This document shows positions 57,982 through 64,000 of a DNA stretch of 64,000 nt, piece after piece. Each line of letters begins with the position of its first letter. Position 1 is the stretch's first letter. A program made the translations under genes and the position numbers. The stretch is taken from positions 352,001 to 416,000 of the forward strand of contig CBDATQ010000002.1 of the NCBI GenBank assembly GCA_965199955.1, in the 5' to 3' direction. The notes under the pieces were generated by a model. That model made no database searches. It was not told the origin of the DNA and saw only the letters and a list, made by a program, of their open reading frames with translations. This DNA is from Spirochaetia bacterium. GTDB taxonomy: Bacteria; Spirochaetota; Spirochaetia; SZUA-6; Bin103.

Positions 57982-59454
57982 ATGCGCCGATCGGAGGCGG
58001 CTGCGCGCGACCCGGCCGTGGCCCAGCGCCTCGCGTCCGCCGAACGGGACCGCGATCCGCGCTGGCGGATGGCCGGGAGCCTGCTTGCTGTCGTGTTCCT
58101 CGGTGCCATCGTGGCGCCCGCGGCCTTTCCGCTGTTCTCGGCGCACGCACAGATCTGGGATGGATACTATCTGCTCGGCGGAGAGGGGGCCGGCGGCCTC
58201 GACCGCGCCCCGCTCGAGCGGGTGTTCGCCGGATCGGTGACCCGTGCCGCATCGTTACGGTTCACGATTTTTGGCGGATTCGCGGAAGTGCCGGTGGATC
58301 GGTTGGCGCAACGGCTGGACCGGGTGGATCCCCGTTTCGATCCGTTTCTGCGCGGCGTCACCGGTCTGTTCGCCGCCAGCGACCCTTCGGGTAGGGAATG
58401 GAGCCTGGGCTATCTGCGCACCGACCTGCCGCCGGCGGGGTTGTTGCTCCGTCTGGCGTTCCGTGCCCCGGCGGCGGCACGTGCGGTGCTGGACTTCGAC
58501 GTCCGCGGCCGGCTGCTGGCAGCCGGCCTGGTAGCCGCGGTCGCCGTGGCCGCGATCGGGGTTCGCTCCGTCGCCGGCCGTCCCGCGTCGGGGCTGGGCA
58601 TGGCGGGCATCGTGGCGCCTTGGACGGTCGCCGCGCTGAACGCCGGCGGCGTGGCGGTGATCGCCGCGGCCGCGGTGGTCCCCGCGCTCTGGCGCCTGCC
58701 CGGTCCCGTGCCTGCGCGGGCGGCCGGCGGGGCTGCGGCCGCTGTCGCGGTGGTGGTGACTGCCAGCTTCCTGACCGCCGGAGCGCTGGCGGGCTTCGCA
58801 GTCAGCGCGGCCAGCCTGGGCTCCATCGCCGCGATGGCGTCGTCGAGCGCCCGCAGGATACCGCTGCCAGGCGGACCGCGCCGGCGGTCCGCCGACCTTG
58901 TCGCCTCCGGATCGCTGGTCGCTCTGGCGACCGTGGTCGCGACCGCAGGGGCATCGCTGCCGGCCGTATGGGTACCTGCCCCGGAAGCCGGCAGCGCTCT
59001 ACGCGCCCCGGACGGACTCACGTGGGAGGGGCTCCGCGGGCTCGGCGTATCGGACGGGGACCGGGGCGCTCTGCCGAACGCTGCCGACTACGTTGCGCAC
59101 GTGGCATTCCAGGAAGGCCTGCCGTACGGCCGCACCTACCGCCTGCCGACCGAGGGCGAGCGCCTGACGGTGTCCTCGTTTCGTTTCGACGCGCGCGAAC
59201 GCCGCGTGCTGCGCCGCGAGAACGTGGTCGCCATCTACGATCGGAGCTGGCTGCAGCGGACGATCTCCGAAGCGGGTGGCGTCGGCCGGCTGCTGCTTGA
59301 CGCGGGCGCCGTGCCGGTGCGCCGGCAACGGCTGGCCGATGCCGCGCGCACTCGCCGGGAGACGGGCGCAGCGATCGCGCTGGGCCTGGCGGCCGGCGGT
59401 ATCTCGGTGGGCGCAGCGCTGTGGTCGCGTCCCTCCCGGAAGGGACGCCCGTGA
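57982..59454 (+). CDS. Hypothetical multi-pass membrane protein
   Basis: Several Ala/Gly/Val-rich TM segments; GTGA overlap with the GH57-like gene. Confidence 0.68.
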   Translation: MRRSEAAARDPAVAQRLASAERDRDPRWRMAGSLLAVVFLGAIVAPAAFPLFSAHAQIWDGYYLLGGEGAGGLDRAPLERVFAGSVTRAASLRFTIFGGFAEVPVDRLAQRLDRVDPRFDPFLRGVTGLFAASDPSGREWSLGYLRTDLPPAGLLLRLAFRAPAAARAVLDFDVRGRLLAAGLVAAVAVAAIGVRSVAGRPASGLGMAGIVAPWTVAALNAGGVAVIAAAAVVPALWRLPGPVPARAAGGAAAAVAVVVTASFLTAGALAGFAVSAASLGSIAAMASSSARRIPLPGGPRRRSADLVASGSLVALATVVATAGASLPAVWVPAPEAGSALRAPDGLTWEGLRGLGVSDGDRGALPNAADYVAHVAFQEGLPYGRTYRLPTEGERLTVSSFRFDARERRVLRRENVVAIYDRSWLQRTISEAGGVGRLLLDAGAVPVRRQRLADAARTRRETGAAIALGLAAGGISVGAALWSRPSRKGRP

Positions 59455-61370
59455 GCGGATCGGAAGGAACGGTCAACCTGATACTGGGCCTGTGCAGCCA
59501 GCGTCCCGTGGGCTGTTCGGACTCGGATCACGAGTGTTCCTACCAGAGGAGCTACAAGCCGTTGGCGCAGCTCGCCTGCCGCTTCCCTGACTCCCGCTGG
59601 ATGTTTCATCTGGGCGGCGAGCTGCTGGAGTGGATCGATCGCCGCCACCCGGAGTTGATCATGCTGCTCCGCGAGATGGTCAAGCGGCGCCAGATGGAGC
59701 CTCTCGGCGGGGGCTTCTATGCGCCGGTGCTGCCGGTCATCCCCGCGCTCGATCGCGTCGGGCAGATCGAGAAACTGACGACCGAGCTGCGTGTGCGCTT
59801 CGGCACCCGACCTCGAGGGGTGTGGCTTGCCGACTGCGTTTGGGAGCCATCGCTGGCGCACTCCCTGGTGGGCGCAGGCATGGAGTTCACGTTCCTGGAC
59901 TCCCGGCAGTTCCGGGCCACCGGCGTGGCCGGCGGCCAGCTCCACCGCGCCCATCTCACCGAGGACGAAGGCAGGGTGCTGTCGGTGATGCCCATCCACC
60001 ATCGCCTTGGGGAGCTCATGGAGTCCGTTTCCCCGGAGCAGGCAGTCGCGTCGCTCTGCCGCGCCGGTGACCTCGAGGGCAACCGGGTGGCGGTCGCCCT
60101 CGACGAGCCGGAAGACCTGGGCGACCTCCGGTGGCTGGAGCGCTTTCTGGAACTGGTCAGCGCCGACACGCGCATCGTGCCGACCACGCCGCGGGCGTAC
60201 CTGCGGCGCCACGGCACCGACGGGTTCGTCTACCTGGACTGCGGCATGGATGTCCGTCGCAGTTCGTCCTCGCGAAAGGACGCGGTGTCCGGAAGCGACC
60301 ACGGCGTGTTCCGCCGGCACGTGTCCCGGCTGCCTGACTGCCGTCTTCTCTACGCAAAGATGGTGCACTCTTACCTGCTCGTGAACCAGGTGCGCGGCGA
60401 CCGCGAGCGGCGCCGTGCCGCGCGCAACGACCTGTGGCGAGGGCAGTGCGGCCACGCCTACTGGAGCCGGCCGGACGGCGGGATCCACACCCGCTGCACG
60501 CGTGATGCGGTCTACGAGGCTCTGCTGCAGGCCGAAGTGCAGGCACGCGACCAGACGTCGTTTCTGCCGTCCATCATGCGGACCGACTACGACATGGACG
60601 GACACCCCGAACTGCTGTATCACGGCCGCCAGTACAACGCCTACGTGCACACCGCCGGCGGCATCCTGTTCGAGCTGGACTACCTGCCGGGCTCGGTGAA
60701 CTACATGAACACATTCACGCGCACGGAGGGCCCGGGACCCGACCGGGCCGACCCCTATCTCAAGCGGGGGTTCGTGGATCACGTCCTGGCATCCGCGCCC
60801 ACGGTCGCGGACTACACGAGCGGCTTTCGCTCCGCGCCCTGCCCGGTCGGCGAGCGGTACGTGGTGCAGTCCGTGGACGACGATCGTCTCACCCTGCTGC
60901 GCCGCGGCGTTGCCATCCCCGCGTCGGCGACGGGCGCTGGAGCGGACGGCTCGGTGCCGTCAACCCTGCACAAGTCCTATCGGTTCCGCGCCCGCTCGAT
61001 GGAGGTCCGCTACGATCTCGCTGCGGACCGCGACATCGACGCGTGGCTCGGCGTGGAGATCAACCTTGCCGTCGCCGCCGGAAGCACCGCGCGCGCGGTC
61101 GGGCCGCGGGGCGCGCAACGCGCGCTCCGGCAGCCCGTGTCGTTCGGCCCCACCACGCTGGTGGAGATCGACGATCCCGGCGGCGGAGCGCGGCTGACGA
61201 TTCGTACGGGAGAGGCTCAGGCGGGAGTCTATGCGCCCGTGCATGTCGGCGGCGAGTACCAGTACTGCGGGCTGGTGATCGCCTGGAGGCTGCGCTCCGG
61301 GGCGGGAGTACGGTGGTCGCGCCGGGCATCGATCGCGTTCTCGCGTCTTTGCGCCGGGCGCGGCTCGTGA
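59451..61370 (+). CDS. GH57-like alpha-amylase/4-alpha-glucanotransferase homologue with degenerate catalytic motifs
   Basis: YQRSYKP, HLGGELLEW, GGGFYAPVLPVIP, RGVWLADCVWEP, DYDMDGHPE; SD AAGGGA. Confidence 0.8.
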   Translation: MSGSEGTVNLILGLCSQRPVGCSDSDHECSYQRSYKPLAQLACRFPDSRWMFHLGGELLEWIDRRHPELIMLLREMVKRRQMEPLGGGFYAPVLPVIPALDRVGQIEKLTTELRVRFGTRPRGVWLADCVWEPSLAHSLVGAGMEFTFLDSRQFRATGVAGGQLHRAHLTEDEGRVLSVMPIHHRLGELMESVSPEQAVASLCRAGDLEGNRVAVALDEPEDLGDLRWLERFLELVSADTRIVPTTPRAYLRRHGTDGFVYLDCGMDVRRSSSSRKDAVSGSDHGVFRRHVSRLPDCRLLYAKMVHSYLLVNQVRGDRERRRAARNDLWRGQCGHAYWSRPDGGIHTRCTRDAVYEALLQAEVQARDQTSFLPSIMRTDYDMDGHPELLYHGRQYNAYVHTAGGILFELDYLPGSVNYMNTFTRTEGPGPDRADPYLKRGFVDHVLASAPTVADYTSGFRSAPCPVGERYVVQSVDDDRLTLLRRGVAIPASATGAGADGSVPSTLHKSYRFRARSMEVRYDLAADRDIDAWLGVEINLAVAAGSTARAVGPRGAQRALRQPVSFGPTTLVEIDDPGGGARLTIRTGEAQAGVYAPVHVGGEYQYCGLVIAWRLRSGAGVRWSRRASIAFSRLCAGRGS

Positions 61371-61413
61371 TAGCATGGCAGCCCGACGCCAATACTCACA
61401 TGAGGGTATTCAT

Positions 61414-62515
61414 ATGATGCTATCCGAACTGCGGCAACGGCTTGCGGCGCTCTGCGCCGACATCGACGCCGCATGGGGGCGTCTTTGACCCGGAGGAATC
61501 CGAGCGCCGCCTGGCCGAGCTCGAGGAGCTGACCGCGGCGCCCGAGCTGTGGAACGACCGCGCCGCCGCGGAGACGACCCTGGCGGAATTGAAGCGGCTC
61601 AAGGGCCGGATCGAACCCTGGAAGGGGGTGCGCGACGCCGCCGAAGAACTGGATACCCTGTGCGAGTTGGCCGCAGAGGAGAACTCGGAGGAGCTGTCGG
61701 AAGAGATCGAGGCCGGTCTGGTCGAGCTGGAGGACCATTTCGGCGCGCTGAATCTGCAGTCTCTCTTGGCCGGCCCGCACGATCGCGCCGACTGTTTCCT
61801 GACCATCCATGCCGGCGCGGGCGGCACCGAGGCGTGCGACTGGGTATCGATGCTGCTGCGCATGTACCTCCGCTGGGCGGAGGAGCGCTCCTTCGCCACC
61901 GAGGTCATCGACCTGACCGAGGCGGAAGGCGGCCTGAAGTCGACGACGGTTGAGCTCTCGGGGGAATATACCTACGGCTACCTGCGTGCCGAGACGGGGA
62001 TCCATCGCCTGGTCCGCATCTCCCCGTTCGACGCCAACAAGCGCCGTCACACCACCTTCGCGTCGGTGTTCGCCTCGCCGGTGCTGGACGACACGGCCGA
62101 CGTGGACGTGCGTCCCGAGGAGATCCGGGTGGACACGTACCGTGCGTCCGGTGCGGGCGGCCAGCACGTCAACAAGACCGACTCGGCGGTGCGCATCACC
62201 CACCTGTCGACCGGCATCGTCGTGCAGTGCCAGAACGAGCGCAGCCAGCACAAGAACCGCTCGACCGCGATGAAGGTGCTGCGCTCGCGTCTGTTCGAGC
62301 ACCATGAGGCCGAGCGGCAGAGCAAGCTGGAGGCGATTCAGGGCGACAAGAAGGAGATCTCCTGGGGCAACCAGATCCGCTCGTACGTCTTCCACCCGTA
62401 CACGATGGTGAAGGATCACCGCACCAGGCACGAGGACGGCAACCTGCAGGCGGTGATGGACGGACGCATCGATCCGTTCATCGAGTCATACCTGCGCCTG
62501 GCCGCAACCGCCTGA
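61414..62515 (+). CDS. prfB: Peptide chain release factor 2 (+1 programmed frameshift)
   Basis: ORF1 ATG 61414 ends CTT TGA at 61483-88; ORF2 carries GAGGTEA, SPF and GGQ motifs. Confidence 0.97.
61475..61489 (+). promoter_or_regulatory. RF2 frameshift cassette
   Basis: Internal SD-like GGGGG, CGT, then CTT TGA C. Confidence 0.92.
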
Positions 62516-62525
62516 GAGGGCACGC

Positions 62526-63683
62526 GTGAGTGCCCGGTGTCGCCTGGCACTGCTCCTGGCGGCGTGCTGGTCGGCCGCTCCGGCGGCGGCCGACCAGCAC
62601 GCCGCATCGGCACAGGCGGAGCGGCGGGTGGGCTTCAGCCCGCTTGCCGGCGAGCTCGCGGCCGAACACCGCTACCTGGCCGAGACGCTGCCGCGGCTGC
62701 TGCGCGAGCGCCTCGCCGGCATCGACGGAGTGGAGCTCGTCGATGCGGACGCTCCTGTCGGGGTCCTGCCTCGCCAGGTCGCGGCCGCGCGGGACATCGA
62801 CCTGCTGATCTGGGGAACGCTCGACAGCGCCGCCGATCACCTGGTCCTGGAGCTGCGCGCGTTCGACGCGGCGTCGGTGCGCACCGTCTGGTCGTACTAT
62901 GAAGCCGGGCAGGTCGACGCACTGCAGGGGGCGATCGATGCGGCCGCCGACGGGCTCGCGCCGCTGCTGCTGGGCCAGCCGTGGTCCCGGCTCGCGGTCG
63001 AGCCGGTGCCGGCGGACAGTACCGTACGGCTCGACGGAGTGCTGGTCGGCGTCGGCACGACGCTGCTGCGCTACACCGCGCCGCGCCGCGCCACGCTGAC
63101 GGTGTCCCGGCCCGGCTATCACCCGTCGGTCCGGCAGGTGGAATTGGCTCCGGGGCGGGAGTTGCGCGTCGCCGTGGAGCTCCTGCCGCGCGACCTGGGC
63201 ATCGTGCTGCTCGACTCGCAGCCGACGGGCGCCGCCGTCTACGTGGCGTCCGTCTATGCAGGGGTGACGCCGCTGCGGCTGCCGCGTCCACCGACCGACG
63301 CGGCGGTGTCGCTGGTGCTCGAGGGCCACGCCGACACCGCCGCGCGCATCGGACCGGCTACGCCGGGGACGCTCACGGTCCCCTTGCTGCCGGCCGGCTT
63401 CGACGGCGCCGCGGAGCAGGCGAGCGGCCGCGAACGGCTCTACGAGGAGTTGGGCTGGTTCGCCGTATCGCTCCTGCCGCCGCTGCTGCTCAGCGCGCTG
63501 GTCACCGATTTTGCTGCGCGCGACGTCGCCCTGCACGACGGCGGGCCGATCGCCTGGCAGCCGGCAACGATCGGCGTCACGGTAGGAGCGGTGGCGGCGG
63601 CGGGCTACTCCGTGTACCGGCTCGTGCGTACCATCGGGGTGATGATCGATTACACGGAAACGGCCGACCGGCCGGCCGGATGA
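62526..63683 (+). CDS. Exported PEGA-domain protein with C-terminal TM segments
   Basis: Signal peptide; PEGA-like PADSTVRLDG..VGTT and SQPTGAAVYV..GVTPL; lies between prfB and ftsY. Confidence 0.75.
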   Translation: MSARCRLALLLAACWSAAPAAADQHAASAQAERRVGFSPLAGELAAEHRYLAETLPRLLRERLAGIDGVELVDADAPVGVLPRQVAAARDIDLLIWGTLDSAADHLVLELRAFDAASVRTVWSYYEAGQVDALQGAIDAAADGLAPLLLGQPWSRLAVEPVPADSTVRLDGVLVGVGTTLLRYTAPRRATLTVSRPGYHPSVRQVELAPGRELRVAVELLPRDLGIVLLDSQPTGAAVYVASVYAGVTPLRLPRPPTDAAVSLVLEGHADTAARIGPATPGTLTVPLLPAGFDGAAEQASGRERLYEELGWFAVSLLPPLLLSALVTDFAARDVALHDGGPIAWQPATIGVTVGAVAAAGYSVYRLVRTIGVMIDYTETADRPAG

Positions 63684-64000
63684 TGTTCGGCCTGGGAAAG
63701 AGGCTGCGCGAGCTGTTCGGCTCGCAGCCCGAACGTCTGGACCTGATCGAAGACACGTTGCTGGAGGCGGACATCGGACCACGCACGGTGGACGAGTTGC
63801 TCGAGGGCCTGGACGGGCGCCTCGGGCGTGGCGAGCAGGCGCTTGCCACCATCCGCGGGCGCGTGCTCGAACGCCTTCGCGCGGCGGTCGTGGAGCTCGG
63901 CCCCACCGGCGTGTCGGTGGTGATGGCCGTCGGCGTCAACGGGGTCGGCAAGACCACGAACCTGGCGAAGCTTGGCGCGCTGCTGAAGCGGAACGGCCGC
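63680..64000 (+). CDS. ftsY: Signal recognition particle receptor FtsY (3'-truncated by window; absent from the ORF track)
   Basis: MMFGLGKRLRELFG, EDTLLEADIG, VGVNGVGKTTNLAKL; ATGA overlap with the upstream gene. Confidence 0.93.
   Translation, partial: MMFGLGKRLRELFGSQPERLDLIEDTLLEADIGPRTVDELLEGLDGRLGRGEQALATIRGRVLERLRAAVVELGPTGVSVVMAVGVNGVGKTTNLAKLGALLKRNGR

Noticed and set aside
976..63957. Many long antisense or alternate-frame ORFs (e.g. 13205-16033 +, 44525-46738 -, 26221-28020 -, 16622-19027 -)
   Set aside because: They shadow well-supported genes, lack motifs and are expected from stop-codon scarcity at high GC
1..64000. CRISPR arrays, IS elements, prophage, rRNA and sigma28 promoters
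   Set aside because: None recognisable by eye; no regularly spaced repeats, transposase motifs or convincing TAAA-N15-GCCGATAA sites

Overview
High-GC (about 68-70% by eye) core chromosomal segment of a bacterium. Gene order points to Spirochaetota (inference from synteny): ftsA-ftsZ-xerD-dprA-xerC-hslV-hslU; gltX-glyQS-tyrS; rpsT-HU-lnt-REC-bactofilin-rho; rplU-rpmA-nadD-LCP-rsfS-tRNA(Gln)-rplY-pth-tilS-ftsH; prfB-PEGA-ftsY. There are about 52 housekeeping CDS and 4 tRNAs (Leu-UAA, Gln-UUG, Asp-GUC, Pro-CGG, none with encoded CCA). I found no phage, IS, CRISPR or defence island. Most notable observations: (1) hslU runs almost directly into fliA/whiG, so the large flgB-flhG flagellar block expected there is absent, leaving a sigma70 promoter, a strong RBS and a 53-codon ORF in a 270-bp gap; (2) about ten genes have a -10 box only 6-8 nt before the start codon with no SD, suggesting widespread leaderless mRNA; (3) a bactofilin has an in-frame TAG just after its putative N-terminal membrane-targeting peptide; (4) a small acidic ORF is split by a 1-nt frameshift; (5) two divergent EF-G paralogues sit in tandem; (6) several junctions appear to use CTG starts overlapping the upstream TGA; (7) prfB has the canonical +1 programmed frameshift. 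All calls come from reading motifs by eye; no database search was run.
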